A stretch of 64,000 nucleotides of DNA from Blastocladiella emersonii ATCC 22665 (taxonomy: Eukaryota > Fungi > Blastocladiomycota): assembly GCA_025594325.1 (NCBI GenBank), contig JANHCV010000014.1, positions 992,001 through 1,056,000 of the forward strand. Direction: 5' to 3'. Positions within the stretch are counted from its first letter, which is position 1, and each line of letters begins with the position of its first letter. The translations under genes and the position numbers were made by a program. The notes under the pieces are model-generated. The model had not been told where the DNA came from, made no database searches, and saw nothing but the letters and a program-made list of their open reading frames with translations. Of this stretch, positions 1 to 13,891 are shown piece by piece.

Positions 1-1643
1 TTGCGGGCCACCTCGGACGTCTCGCGCGAGATGCGCTTGAGCATGTTCTCGACCGTGTTCTCGCCGGTCCCCTTCGACTCCATGTTGAGGCGGATCACCT
101 TGTGACGCAGAAACTCCTTCTCCTGCATGACCTGCGCGTACCGCAGGCGCTCCTGGTCGAGCTGCGCGGCGTGCTTGAGCTCGAGGTCGAGCCGCTGCTC
201 GTCGCGCTCGGCGAGCGCCTTGTTTTTGGACTCGATGGCGACGAGCAGGTCCTTGATCTTGCCCTCGAGCGTCTTGATGTGCGACGAGAGCTTCTCGGCC
301 TTCCCCTCGAGCGTCGCGTTCTGGCGCTGCAGCAGCGAGATGACGTGCTTCTGCTCCGACTCCTGCTGGGTCTTGATGCGCTCGAGCTCGAGCGTGTACT
401 CCTTGCGGACGTTCTCGATGTCGAGCTCGTGCTTCTGCAGCAGCGAGGTGAGGTCGCTGCCCTCGATCAGGTTCATGATCTTGGCGTCCTTGGACACCAT
501 CATGTCCGAGTAGAACTTGTCCTTGGCCTGGATGATGTACAGGATCTCGTGCTCGTACCGCAGCGACTGGTTGATGAGCTCGTCCTCGAGCTTGCTCGAC
601 TCGGTGTTGAACAGGAACTCGCACGTGCGCCGGTACTCGTCGAACAGCGTCTGCAGCGTGAACAGCATTGCGTGGTGCTCGACCATCATGGCCCGCTTCT
701 CGTCGTACTGCTCCTTCTTGTGCGCCTCGAACGCGAGCTTCAGCGCCGCGTACTCGCCCGCCTGCTGCTGCCGGTACGCGTCGTTCTCGATCTTGCTGAC
801 CTGGATGAACTCCTCGTACTGCTGCTTGACCTGCTCGACGAGCGACTCGAGCCCCTGCATCTGCGTCTGCTGCTCCGAGTACTTGCGGCTCGCTTCGGTG
901 CTGATGTCCTGGATCTGCCGCTTCTGCCGCTCGATGATCGACTCGGACTCGGACAGCAGCTCCTTGAACTGCGCAATCTGCTTGGACACGTTCGTGTCGA
1001 CGACCGATTTCGCGACTTCGAGCCGCTCCACCTTGACCGTCTCGCGCGACGCACGGAACACGTCGAACTCGGTCTGCAGGTCGCTCAGCTCGCCCTCGAG
1101 CCGGTCTACATATGACAGAGTGTGAGCTGCGTCGCGGGAGCGGTGACAATGAAATAGAGTACCGTTGGCGGCCTCCTGGTTCTCGAGATCCATCTGCAGC
1201 TGCTTGAGCTCCTCCTTGAGCTGCCGGATCTCGTTGTTCTTGCGGTCGATCGTGTACATGGCGTCCTCGAGGTCCTTGGCCGCCGACGTCGTCACGTTGC
1301 CGCCCTGTTCCCAAAAAAACGCGTCAGCTCCGCCCTTGCGTCTCCTACGCGTGTGACGTACCAGACCGCCACCCGTTGTCTTCTTGGCCGCCATGGCTTT
1401 CGCGGCCTTGTCGCTGTCGCGCTGCGACCGCAGCGTGCGGACTTCATCCTCGAGCGACTCGAGCTGGAGCGACTTGCTGAACAGCTATCAGCGCGGGGTC
1501 CGACCGTGAGCGGGGCGGCGGGGTGCGAGCGAGAGGGGAGGGCCGGGCGAGCGGACCTCGCGGTTCTGGACGTGCGCCCGCGCGCGCAGCTCGTTGTTCT
1601 CGGCGAACAGCTGTTGCAGCAACTCGGCGTCGCCTTTCTCCAT
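1..1643 (-). CDS. Multi-exon coiled-coil protein; 3' end runs off the window
   Basis: Minus-strand ATG at 1643 (MEKGDAELLQQLF). Exons are bounded by GT..AG introns. The long E/K/Q-rich heptad exon reads HKKEQYDEKRAMMVEHHAMLFTLQTLFDEYRRTCEFLFNTESSKLEDEL. The + strand ORFs listed here are its antisense shadows. Confidence 0.7.
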
Positions 1644-1848
1644 GGTGGTGATACATGTGGTTTTGAGAGACAGGGAGAGGTGAGGGATCAGCGGACAACG
1701 CGTCGAGACGCGACGCGACGCGTGACGCGGTCACGCGGGGGCTGGGAGACAGGTGGGGCGAGACAGGGTTTGGTTTATAGCGACAGGGAGGGGAACGACA
1801 GCAGAGGGAGGGATTAAATAACACAACAACAACAGCACGACGCGCGCC

Positions 1849-2851
1849 TTACTTGAGCGCAGCCCACTTCCCCGGGTGCTCGGGGACATGCGTCTCGTGG
1901 GTCAAGATATTGTACCCGACGGACCGCGCGTTGGCCTTCGCCTCGAGCTTAGCCGCCGACACGCGGCCCGCGAAAAACGTCCCCGGCATCCGCGCGCGCG
2001 CGTACCCGGGCATCGCGGTCCCGTTCAGGATGTTGTACGGCACGTGCTGGTCGGTTGTCGACGCGGTCGCCGAGATCTCGCGCTTGGCGTACTCGGGCGT
2101 CTGCGGGATCCCGTCGAGCGGCGCCGCGCGGTGCAGCGACACGGCAGACATGATCTCGGCCGGGTACGGGTACGGGTTGGCCAGCGGCGCCTGCGTGTAC
2201 GCGCGGTGCTCGGCGACCGTCGCCTCGTGCCGCGACGACGAGCGCCCGAGACACGTGCGCGGGATCGGCGGGATCTTGGCGGGGCCGGCGCCCGGCGCGC
2301 CCACCTGCGTGCCCGCGAAAGTCGACTTGTACGACGACGTGTAGCTCACCTGTTGGGGGGAAAGGGGTGGGTCAGAAGGGGTGCGGGGGGCGGGGACGAG
2401 GGAGAGAGAACGAGGTATACCCCTACCTTCTCGCCGTTGGACGCCCACTCGGCCGGCTGGTGCGCCTTGTTCTTGTTGGCGTGGTACTCGTTGAAGGCGT
2501 CGTACCGGCCGGGCTCCTACACGGTCGCTCGGGTTAGTCTTCTCGCCCACGCGGATCCATCGTCGCGGGGAACGTACGTCGTGCGTCACGTACGACGAGT
2601 GCGACGTCGACTCGTACGCGGACTCGGCGCCGGGCTAGACCGCGCGCGCAGCGACGACGAGCGAAAGTGTCAACATGAGGGCTACTCGGGGATGGATGGA
2701 CCGACCCGTGAGGAACTCTTGTCTTGTCGTCACGGGCAGGGCGGCGTAGCGGGCGAGCAGGCGAGCGCACCTGGCTCCCGATCGGGTCGTGCGCGGGCAT
2801 CGGCCAGCTCAGGTTCGACGCGATCTTGTCGTTGGTGAATGAGGAGATCAT
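1849..2851 (-). CDS. Multi-exon uncharacterised protein with repeated YNIL motif (possibly ciliary)
   Basis: ATG 2851 (MISSFTNDKIASNLSWPMP), several GT..AG introns, and a last exon VSYTSSYKSTFAG...YNILNG...YNILTHE ending at stop 1849. Confidence 0.5.
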
Positions 2852-3172
2852 GGCGGGTGGCGGTTGTGTTTCGTTGATACGTTGCGTTGCGATGAGCTGA
2901 AGAGCAAAGGGAGGGAGAGAGGCCCAGGCAGACGAGCGAGCAGCAGCAGCCGACGCGTCGCGCGCGCGAGCCAAACGAAAAAATTGCGCGCGGGAGAGGC
3001 CGTCTCCCTGGCAACGGGCGCGCCCCGCGCGCGCGTCACGCGACCGCGACGTGGTCAGCTGAGGTCACGGCAAGCGTGAGACAATGTGCGAGACAGCGCG
3101 TCTTGACGCGTCGCGTTGCCGTTTACGAGTTACCCTCAACATGTAACTGTATGAAACGCAACGCGAGACACT

Positions 3173-4353
3173 ATGCAATTCGTCCATCTCGCCGAGGAGC
3201 CCTTCTTTGACCACTCGCCCGAGGTCGCGTCGACGCGTGAGGCCAGGGTCAAGCATGTGGGTGCCGATGCTGGGGAAAACTTGGGGCGTGAGCTAACGGA
3301 GCTCGGTCGGCGCAGGGCCGCTAGATCAAGGCCGTCAAGGTCGCCAAGAGCCGCCGACTCGGGCCCGGCGTCTACACGGCCGACCTGCTGCCCCCGCCGT
3401 CGGCGGGCGAGGCCGAGGTGCGGCCGTCGCCAGAGTTCCAGTCCAAGGTACACCCCGCTCTCCCTCGCCCCATCCCGCCGGGACTGACCCGTTCGTTGCC
3501 ACAGGTCCGCCGCCTCGCCCGCTCGCCACACCCCGCCGAGCGCGACACCCCCGCGCCGACCTCCTACGCGCCGCGCACCCCCGACCCCGCGCCCGCGGGC
3601 GGCGCCGCGAGCTGCTTCAAGCCGCCGATCGCGCTCGTCTCCCAGTCGGATGCGGACCTGTTCCGCCACGCGTGCGAGCCCGCGCCCAACGCGTACCAGA
3701 CGGTCGAGCGACGCGATGCCCCCGGCGCAGTCCCCGTCCACAGCATGTTCGTCGACCGGTCGCTCCGGTTCGGGTACATGGACACGCGGCGGACCGAGGG
3801 ACATGTCGCGCCGGGGGCGTACGACGCGGTGGTGCCGGGGAAGCATGTGGATGCGTCGCACGTCCCGATGTTTGACGCGTATAGTGTGCGGGATGTCAAG
3901 GACTGGCAGCCGGTGTACGTTGCGCGCGTCTGATCGCTCCGTGTGTTCCCGCGGCTCACGAACTCTTGTTCGCGCGCGTGTAGGCAAGACTACGCCGCCG
4001 CGCCCGGCGGTCACGACATTGGCCCGGCCTTCACGCGGCTCGCTGGCCCGGGCCCCGTCGCCGTGATCCCGTCTGCGCCACAGGCCTCACACAACCTGCC
4101 CGCGACGAAACTCGGCCCAGGTCCCGCACAGTACCACACGACGCCGCCGCACGCGCACGTCTCGACGCGCCGCCGGCCCTCGATGTGTGCCGCCGTGCTC
4201 AAGGAGGACGTCGGGACACACCGCCCGCCCGAGAAGCTCCCGTGGTACAACGTCGTCGAGGCCGAGGTCAAGCGCAAGGTCCGCGAGACGCGCGTGCGGC
4301 TGCCGCGGCCGCAGTCGACGGACCCGTATGCGAGGCCTATGTGGATGGAGTGA
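3173..4353 (+). CDS. STPG/SHIPPO-like PG-rich repeat protein (multi-exon)
   Basis: Spliced reading contains LGPGVY, APGAYD and LGPGPAQY repeats; intron at about 3448-3503 (gtacac..acag). Exon structure is approximate. Confidence 0.5.
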
Positions 4354-5699
4354 TGAGGCAGTGAACGGAGAAGGATGAAGGAAACATGGTTCGATGTATC
4401 ACTTGCCCGCGCACAGCACGAGCACCCTCTCTCGCTCCCCGTGAGCGATCCGCGACCACGCCCACGCGCCTGACAGTCCTGCATCGCCATACTCACAGAT
4501 CTCGCCCCACCGGCTCAGCCCCGTGCGCGAATGCGGGGGAACGACGCGACGTTCCCCCTCGCTGTGGCGCGAAACGCGGATCGCACCATGCGGGACCGAG
4601 CCGGTGAGGAGGGACCTGGAGCGGATGACGTAGGACCAACGCGTGGGCGCGGTCGCGGACCGGGCTCGAGAATGGGAGGGAGTACGCGGTACAGGAGGGG
4701 TATGGTTTTGTGAGCTCGAGGGCACTCGTCCTGTCGATCGTGCGAGGTAAGTCTAGGCGTTCAGCGAGGTAGCGCGGTGGCTCGGCGTACCGTGAGCGGG
4801 GAGAATGGCAACGTCATGTCCACGGAGGGAGCAGCGTGCGCGAACGGTTGGACATCGAACGAGTGGCCCCGACTAGGCAAACTTTGCGCGTACGTGCGGT
4901 CCACGTTGCAGGACTCTAGGGGTTCCACCTCGAACCAGTCAGTACCTCGCCTGCCTGGTCCAGTCACGACGGGCTGTGCAGCGAGAGATGCGGACAGCCG
5001 TTCGTCGCTGCACCCGTTCAACCGATCGGCATTCTCATGAGGGACGGGAGCCGTCGTGTGCGCTCAGCCCCGGCATCTATTACTGCACACGTGCTCGTCC
5101 GGCGAGGCTCGTCTTCTCTGTTCGTACTGCACTGAATCACAATCCGATGAGCTCCCAATAATAACCTTGCTGTGCGGCAGGCGGAACTGCGCCGACCCGT
5201 CGTCGGGCGCACGACGGCGAGGCCTCGTGGCCTGCAACTCGTCCGCGCTACGTTGCGCCAAGTCTCGTAGATCTTACTGCTTCATGGTTTCCTTGGAGAG
5301 CAGCCTGAGGGATCGAAGGCGCGGCGACGAAAAACGCGCGTGGGAGCTTCGGGTGTGGCTGAAGCCGAACATGTGACGCCGTGCCGGCCATGAGCCGCGC
5401 GGGACGCGTCCATGCCCACTTTAGCCTGGCTCACCTTCCGCCGAGCCATCGGCTGTGCGCCAACCGCTGAGACGAAGGCGCGCGCCGTTGAACTTGGCCC
5501 ACGCGCTGTGTATATTCACGATTGAAATGGAGCGCCCCAGAGAGGTTGGCGTAGCAAGAGATTCCGTCCGGATGGACGAGCATCGGGAGGACGGAATGAT
5601 GCGCAGGGTACAAAGCGAGGCTGCCGCCCCTGCGACGCCGCGAAACTGCCGCGTCGGCGGGCGCCATTGCGGCTGCGGGCGTCGTTGCGGCGGCACTTG

Positions 5700-6870
5700 T
5701 CGTCACGGTCGAGGAGCGGCGTGAGACAGCACGGCGCGTAACTCGATGCTGCGCGGTCCGCGCGCGCCAACGGAGGGCGGCACGGCTGATTTCTCGCACC
5801 GGACGGCGGCAGGGCAGTACCTTGGATCGTCAGCGTTGCTTCGGCGATCGCGCTGCTGTGTAGGTACCGCACGTCCTCTCAAACTGTGCGCAAAGCGGTG
5901 GCCGTCGCGACGGGCAGCGCGACGCGTAGGTGGATGAGCTCGCGCAGGTGGCCGTACAACTGCTTGAACCACGCGACGGGCTGCGCGTCCGCTGTGGCGG
6001 CCGCGGTGCGTTTGAGACGGGTCGAGTCCAGGAGCAGCTCGGTGAGCGAGCCAGCGACGCTGGCACTGAGACTACCGCCGATCTGGACCTCGGCGAGCAC
6101 CGCAAGGGAGCTGCTGATGGGAAGCGTCGTCGTCGAACACCGCCGGAACGAGTGCGCGCGAAGCGGGGCACGCGAACGCGTGCGCCTGCATGTCGGCGAC
6201 CTCGACACCAGTCTTGAGGCATTCGGCGCAGTTGGGCGACTCGTGACGGTGCGGCCATAACTAGTGTAGACGAGCGCCGGTGGGCGTACAGAGCTGAAAG
6301 ATCAGGGGCGAGTTTGCAGCGAGATATTCGCACGGGCGGGCGCGACGCGGGCCGCCCCGAAGCACGTTGGCGAGGGCTGGGACGTCGATGGGCACGGGCG
6401 CGATACCAGCGGCCGCGGTCAGGGAAAGCAGCGGGTCGTGTCGCGCGCCGTGCAGGCGGCGGAGAAAGCGTCGCGGGTCCGAGTTGAGGTCGCAGCCCCG
6501 CCAGCACACCGTGAAGGGCGCGTCCACATTCGTGCGTACGGCGGCCACGACCCCCAGCGGTAGATGCGCGGCGGCGTCCTGGTTGGCGAGCGCGTCGGCC
6601 TCGTCGCTGAACGAGTTTCCGACGTGGCCGCGGACCCACTCGAAGGTGACCTGAAGCTCGCGAGTCGCGACGTTCCAGTGGATTACGGTCCACTCAAACG
6701 AGCACGCTGTGCGAGCTTGGACCTTTGGGAGGGCGACAGCACGTTGACAGGCAGTTCGACATCGATCCCGTCGTCGAGCGTGATGGGAGGCTTTATGCCG
6801 CGGCGAGCGACCGTGGCGGCGTGAGGGCGTCCCACGGCTCAGAGCGAAAGCTCGAGTGGTTCCCGTCATG
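5700..6870 (-). mobile_element. Degenerate non-LTR retrotransposon 3' relic (RNase H + Zn-finger)
   Basis: FEWVRGHVGNSFSDEADALAN is an RNase H C-terminal motif. It is followed by CPNCAEC...HAFAC and is frameshifted. Confidence 0.7.
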
Positions 6871-7150
6871 GACGCGAGCGGCGAGTTCCAGCGATCCGCT
6901 CACGAAGTCGCCCGCGCCCACTGGAACGATGATCAGCTAGCTCACCCGGACCTCAGTGTATTTCCTGTCGAGGCGGCCACACGCAGAGAGCTGCCGAAAC
7001 TGAGAGAGGACGGAGCTGCGAGACGTGTTGGGAAATCAGCTGACTCACCACACGATCAATCAGGCCGGGCCACGCCAGGGAGCCAAGTCGACGCAACCCT
7101 TCGCGCTCGGCCTCGCGCTCCCCTCTCTCTCCGCAAACCGCCTCACTACC

Positions 7151-10100
7151 ATGAAGCAAACGAAAAAGACTCCCCGCAAACGCGGCACCTGCGCCCAAGC
7201 AACCGCTGACCCCTCGCCCGCGCCGGCGCCGGCTGACCAAGTTCCGCCGACTCTGACTTGCGCGACGCTGAACCTCGGTGGCAAGACCGATCCGTTCTAC
7301 CCGTACGGCCGGACCTACCCGCGCGACTTGTTCCTGTACCACACCCCGCGCTTGCTTCGGCGCCTCGACGCGCTCGTGTTCCAGTGCGGCGACTTGCGCG
7401 ATGTGGCGCGCACGTACGACGACGCCAAGCGTAAGCACGGCTTTGGCGCCGACGTCATGTTTGTGCTCAGCGAAATGTATCCCGAGGTCATTGCGCGCAA
7501 CTTGCTTGTCCTGCACGCCGTTGCTGGTTGCAACGCCGCAACGAAGGTCCAGCTCACGCGCCACATCGGCCAGCTTATATACTCGCAGCTTCTTGACCCT
7601 GACACCCATGACTTTTGGCTCGCGCAGATGCGCGCGTGCCTTGAAGCGAGCTGGATCCACGAGGACGCCCAGGTTCGCGTGCTTGACGAGGCCACTCTGC
7701 GCGCTGTCCGTCACTGCTGGGAGTCATGGCTTGCGTGCGACTGGTCGCCGGAGCAGCTTTCTCAGGCCCGCAACGACTACTTTACGCGGACGTTCGGCCA
7801 CGCGCACATCAAGCACATTGAGATCGCCGTGAAGCGATTCATGTTCGATTCGCTCAGCCTCTTCACCCAACGTTTCCCCGAAGGCGATCGCAGGGCCGCC
7901 TTGGATAATGACGCCCGGTCCCTGTTGGTCAGTGAAGTCTTTCGTTTCGATGGCGATTCTGATGCGAATTCCGATGCGGCTTCTTCCGGCACTGCTCGCG
8001 ATCCGCTCACGCTTCGTGTCAACCCAACGATGCCTCTTGCCACTACCAGCCGCTCACTCTTATTCGAGGCTCCGTTCGGCTTCTCGCTTCTCAATGTCTT
8101 TGTGCTTGACCCTTGGGACTTGCGCGGGAGCCTGCGTCGCGCGCTGCACAAGTACGTTGACTCCCTTGTTGAAGCCTTTGGTCCTGGTAGCGACAAACGC
8201 TCCTATGCCATGTCACAGCAGCTCGGCGGCCGCGTGAAGCCTTCGCCCCAGGGTTCGCCGTTTCTTTGTTGTGTCGCGTTCGTCGTTGGCCATCCCGTCA
8301 AGGTGATGGAGCAACTCGCTTCGCAGCCTCAAATTTGCTTCCCTCCGCTGACGCCGCCCCGCCCCGCGTACAAAGGCCAGCCTGAGCAAAATCAATTCAT
8401 CCGCTTCAACGTGATTGAGACCGGTACTTTGATGGACGCATGCGGTCTGCTCAACCTGCTTGTTCACGCATCGCCGCTGCTGGCCACGAATTGGGAACCG
8501 TGCCGCTCGTTTGTGCACGCGTGGACCGACTACCTGTACACGATCGCGACTTCGCGTGCCGAATACCTGCGCCGCGTGACGGCGCTCCCGCTTGAGGCTT
8601 TTCCAACTCTTATTGGCGTCAGCCTCTACGAGCAAGGTACTGACGACCATTGGAGCTCGCACACGACGCGCCTCGCGTGGAACATCTGCCAGGTGGTGCG
8701 CCACAATCGCCGCAGCCGTGAGGAGTTCACTTTCACTAAGCTTACGGGTCCGACCGTGCCCGTCGCGCTTCGTAACTCGCAGTTCCTTCTCGACGCGGTT
8801 TTGCAGTGCGCCGAGGGGTTGTACGGTCCTGACGCGACTGCCCTTGTTGGCACGTACTGTACGCTTGTCTACGCTCGTCAAGTATGCGACCCACTTCGTT
8901 TGAGGCTGAACACGTTATATAATGGTAGCTGTGCCGCATGCGACGGGCGCCTTGCTTCCCAAACTGCTTGCCTTTGCGTTCGCTTCGGGCCGCTTGACTT
9001 GGACGGGCGCCACACAGCTCTCCGTCCCGCCGTGGCCAGACATGCATGAACTGTGGTCCGCGATTCATTCCGGTCAGTCGATTCCCACGCGAACGGCCGA
9101 GATTTTCGCCCAAGCGCAGCTGCTTGGGTTCCCCGCTGGCGAGCCGCTTGACGGAGCGTACCTGTACCGCGTCGAGGGCACGGTGAGCCGCGCTGCGATC
9201 GCGTTGTCATGCATCCCGAACGCCATGTCCGCTGTGGTGGTCGAAATTGGCGGCGCGCACCAGTTCCGCAGCTTGACCGCCGTTCAACGTGACGCCATAT
9301 CCGCGGGCGTCACCGCGGGGAAGGAGCTGCATCTTACTGCGTATGTTCCGCAATACGTTGTGGAGAGCTTCGATGACGAGCTTGACGTTCGCCTCCGCTT
9401 TGACCATCGCCACATTTGCACTGGGTCGACGCGCGAGCAGTCAGTGCCTCTTGCGAACGTGACGACCACCAGGGTTCCTGTCAGCTCAACGACTGGTGCT
9501 TTTGCCAGCGTGCGTAGCATCGCCGAATTTGCAGCGGCAACGCGCTTTTTCCCGTGCAAGCTTCGCGCCACGCCGTTGTCTTCGAGTCTTGTCCTGCCAG
9601 TTGAAAATGCTGTTGAGAGCGCTGACGCAATTGATTTGACGCTTTCAATTCCGCGCGGCTTGCAGCGCGTTCGCGTTGATCGCGTGGGCGAGGACGAGTC
9701 CATTTGTGCTGCCGGTGCCGCTGTCTTCAAAGTCAACGGCCGGCTCCAGGTTGTCCGGCTTCCCTGCCACGTCACGGTGGACTCTATCTCAACCGACTTG
9801 GAGCAGCGCATCGTTAAGCTTACTCTCACGCGCGTGCTTGGACCGACTGCATACCACGTTTCGCTCCTCCCGCTTGTGTGCTACCCGGCCAATCACGCCG
9901 ACACGTACGGCGTTGGCGCGCTGGTTTTGTCTGATCAACGAGCCGCTATTCTCACGACCCACCAGTCCATTTTGCCATACGACAATGCTTTATTCGCGGC
10001 TTCTGCGGATATCCCGGCGAACGACTTGACCTGCGAGCAGAAGGCGTGTTTCGTCCGCTCGCCTGTGACGAGTCTTCTCACTGTCTACGCATTGGGTCAT

Positions 10101-10667
10101 CGTGTCGTCGAGCTCCGCTTCACCGACGTGGCCAAGCAGGAAGCGGCCCCCGCTGCCGTAATAATCATGAACCGCCTGTCTGTGATCCCGCCGTCGGACA
10201 CGTCGCGCGCGCACACGCCCGTACTCGAGGTACAGTACATGCCGCTGCCAGCGCTCAACGGCTTCTCGAAACTTGGCCGCCACGCGCCGGAGGCCACGCT
10301 GAAGCTGTTTGGCCAGATTCGGGGCAAGTACCGTTTACACGGGCCTGGCGAGGCGCCTCCTGTGCACTTGCCGGTGACCAGCAACTTTGCGTCGTGCATC
10401 CTCAAGTACCTCGAGCTCGGGCACCTTTCGATGCCCCAGGAGGGCGTGTGGAACGAGAGCATGTTCGACCCGGCCTTCTTCAAGCGCATCCAGCCGTACC
10501 TGTACCGTTCGTTCCTGATCCCGCACTACTCGGTGCACGGGACCGAGTATAGCGTCCCGATCCCCGCTGCGCCGGTCGGGACGGAAGCATGTGCTGTGGG
10601 CGGCAAGGCGCTCGAGCACGACTTTGCGGCGTTCCATGTTGACGATCGTATCGTCGAGCTCGAGTAA
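7151..10667 (+). CDS. DUF4470-like (methyltransferase-fold) protein, 2 exons
   Basis: N-terminal YPYGRTYPRDLF..QCGDLRDVARTY..PEVIARNLLVL. A 70-nt intron at 8859-8928 (gtacgc..tag) joins ORFs 7025 and 8922 in frame. Confidence 0.65.
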
Positions 10668-11813
10668 ACTCTGACTTTAAATGGGCGTGTGGAAGTGGAA
10701 TTGATCACTAGTTTTATTTGTACTTGGACTCGAGAACGTGACCGCTCAGTTGCAGTCATTATGTCAATTGGTCTGCTGGGCCCGACAGAACCTGCTCGAT
10801 CGAGGTGGACTTGGTGGTGGCCGCTGCTGCGAGGGACTGCAGCTGCTGCATTTTCTGCTGCTGACTCTGCTGAAGCACGGCTTCGAGGAGGGCGTTGAAA
10901 GGTTTGAGGGCGAGGTGCAGGTCCGGCGCGAGTGCTGGGTCGACCATGTCGCAGTCCGCGGGACGCGGGACCCATGGCCCAGGCGAGGGCGACGCATCCG
11001 AGCTGATCCCGGTGTGTAGCAGCGAGGTCGGCGAGCGGCTTGGGGCCCCGACACCGTGGCGATCATGGCGGCAATCGACCAAGACCGGCTATCGTCCGCC
11101 GTCGCCACGCGCGAACGAGCCAGAGTCCGGCGAACCCGTGGAAGACGTAAACCCTTTTCAATTTGTTGTTCGTCGCCTAATTTATGGATCGAAATGATAG
11201 AATATAATCATATCTAGGATTTTACTGTGATGAATCCCGCGAGGGAGTGGCGGTGATGAACAATGTCTCGCCACGCGTCTCACATCTCCCACATGCCTGG
11301 TCACGCAATTTCGCGACGCGTCTTTCCTCTGCTCCCATCTGTCTCCCGTGGTCGTTTAAAAAGCGCGATTTTGCGAAATCTGTAAGAAAAGGACAAAAGA
11401 ATGAAGAAACAAATCCCAAAAGAATAAGTGAGCGCTCACTGCGTCAAGGCGGAAGGAGGGTTCGCGAGGGCAGAGGGGTACCAGCCAGAGCTCGGAGATA
11501 ATGACAAGATTTGAATTGGACCGATTGTAGTCGATCTGTCCCCAGGGGATCCCTCAGCCGTGTCGCGTTTGCACACCCGTCCTTGCCGCTCCGCTCGCGC
11601 TCACGCGAGGGTTAGTAACAAACTCAGGCAAAGAGCACTTCTGACCCGCTGTCTAGAGATCCTTATTCTATGCTAGTATAAAAAATAACTTGTTCTTAGG
11701 GCTCGGCCTGGCCTGGTCCGTCCTGCGCGCCTGTATGTGTGAATGGGGGATCCTGAGATTTCTTGCCGCTACGCCGCCGGATCCATGTCGGACGAGCCGC
11801 ACACCTCAGGTCC

Positions 11814-12260
11814 AAACAGCTTGAGTTATTCATCTCATCGTTGGAGCGCAAGCACCGCAATGCGCTCGTCGTCGAACCCGGCGTGGCCATCGGCACGCTG
11901 TCGTTCGGCAAGCCGGGCACCCAAATGTCGCTGTAGACGTTATGCTCCACTGAGGTTACGCCCATGAGTATGACGCTCGGCGTGCTGCTCCTCAACGGGC
12001 TGATCACTGCAAACAAGGCCATCATCTTCATCACGCCCGTGGTCATGGTCCAGCACTGGAACCCCGACCTCAAGCTCGCGGAGGGCGTCTTCAAGGGCCA
12101 GATCAAGACGTCGCACCTCAGCAACTTGGCGTGTCTCTCCCATCGTACAGGTCAATCCTTTGATAGAGTCGCTGTTGCTGTGCCTCGAGCTCAATGTCGA
12201 AGTCAAGGCCATCAACAAGCTGCTGCTTGAGCTGTACGCGGCGATGGTCACAGCACCCTG
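11814..12260 (+). pseudogene. RPC1: Decayed fragment of the RNA polymerase III largest subunit
   Basis: Reads KQLELFI..VEPGVAIG..FGKPGTQMSL*T..MSMTLGV..VFKGQIKTSHLSNL, then after a frameshift LELNVEVKAINKLLLEL. This matches the RPC1 pattern VEPGTAIG/IGEPGTQMTLKT/KGRIEKTLLSDV/IDKLQLEL. In-frame TAG at 11934-11936. Confidence 0.65.
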
Positions 12261-13891
12261 CTCGCGGTCGAGGACATCAGACTGCAGTTCGATCGGTCAC
12301 GGCCAATGAGCGGCGAGATTGCTGCTCACTCACGAGGCGAAGGGCAACAACAGTTTTGCGCAAGAGAGAGCCGGGAACACTGAGGGGAGAGACACCTTAG
12401 AACATGGACACGTCGCTGTGACGTGTGGGCGATAGTATACTTATGCGAAAGACTCTTAGTGCATCGCCGCGCCAAAGGGGGAGCGAGCTGACGACCGGCG
12501 ACGCCGGCAACGAGGAAAGCCCCGAAGCGCTGTTTGACCATGACGATGGCGGCCTGGCGACTTGGCCGGGATCAGTACGACGGGATGTCGTCGTGTTGTG
12601 GACTTGCGGAAGTCGGAGTGGAACTTGCCGAGCCTGCCACATGACGAGCTTGCGGAACTCGGGGGTCGAGGTAGGACAGCACACGCGGGCGAGCACCATG
12701 GAGTTGTTGCGGCTCCCGGCCACAGTTGAACCCGACTTGTACAATTCGAACTCGAGGCCGCCGTGCACGACGGGAAGGACGGCGAAGCCATTTGGTTGAA
12801 CGCATGGTTCTTTGCATCAGTGAGTGAGCGAGCCAAGCGCGCAGCAGCGCGGATCAACGTACCTTGACGCGGCTGATGGTGACGCACGTGGGAAACGGCC
12901 GCGGCCGAGACGATCGTGCACGCGTGCGGCTCGACCACGACCCCGGCCCGGTAGTTACGCGCTTGGTCACGATGAACGGGCAATGAACGAGAAGCGTTGA
13001 ACTAATGTACACAAACGCGAGCGCGTGGGCGCGCGTTAGCAGGTTTGATCGGCGGCGGCAAGGCAGTCAGGACGATGACGACGCGCTTGCGACTGGACCG
13101 CGCTCGCAACGCACTTTATAGAGCCCGTCGAGCTGATTGAATCGGATGGCCGCCGCCGCCGAGCAACTGCGTGTATGTATGGCTACGACTGGCCGCTGCT
13201 CACTGGCCAGCCTTCTACACAAGTCGTGTCGACTACCGTGAGCTCCAACCGCCAATCACGGTCTCAGACACGCCGGTACCGCCGTACCTGACCGAATGCG
13301 ACTGACCACTGCTGCTTGCGGTGCTCTTGTTGTTGTGGTTGACGTTGCCGGAGCTGCGCGTGTCGAGCATGTCCAGCGGCGCATCGGATCGCGGTGTTGG
13401 GCGGCAGGTGTGCGGTGGCGGGCGCGTTTGGTTTCCGGGTGCGGTTCTGCATGCGTTGGATGCTGTCGAGAGAGAAATTATATTGCATAAAGCGATGGTG
13501 TGGTGGTGTAGGGTGTTTGTGCGTCGGTGGCGGGTGCCAAAAGGAGGGAAGGCGGGGCGCGAAGCGCGTCGTGTTTCAGCCGCACGTGGCGGCGGCGGAG
13601 GGTCGCGCGTCGGACGCAGCTCGCCTCCGGCTCGAATACCTTCCCCTACGTGGACGTGCAGTCGCCGGGTTCACGGCGACCGACCAGCTCGTCTCGCCGT
13701 GCGCTCCCGTCGGACCCAACGGCGGCGTGCGCTCGGGCCGTGGGACCTGCGTCTCTGTTCCTGGCGGCAGCTCGCGCTCCCGTTTGACACACTGCAGTAC
13801 AACTTTGGTACGTCCTCGTCCTTCCCACACTGATCATTCGAGACCGATCCCGTTAACCTCTCTCGCCCCTCCCTCCTTTAGGCCCGAGATA

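Noticed and set aside
102-1125. Long + strand Leu/Ser-rich ORFs, and similar ORFs opposite NOL8, the MCP, the helicase and the fibre
   Set aside because: Antisense shadows of GC3-rich genes on the other strand.
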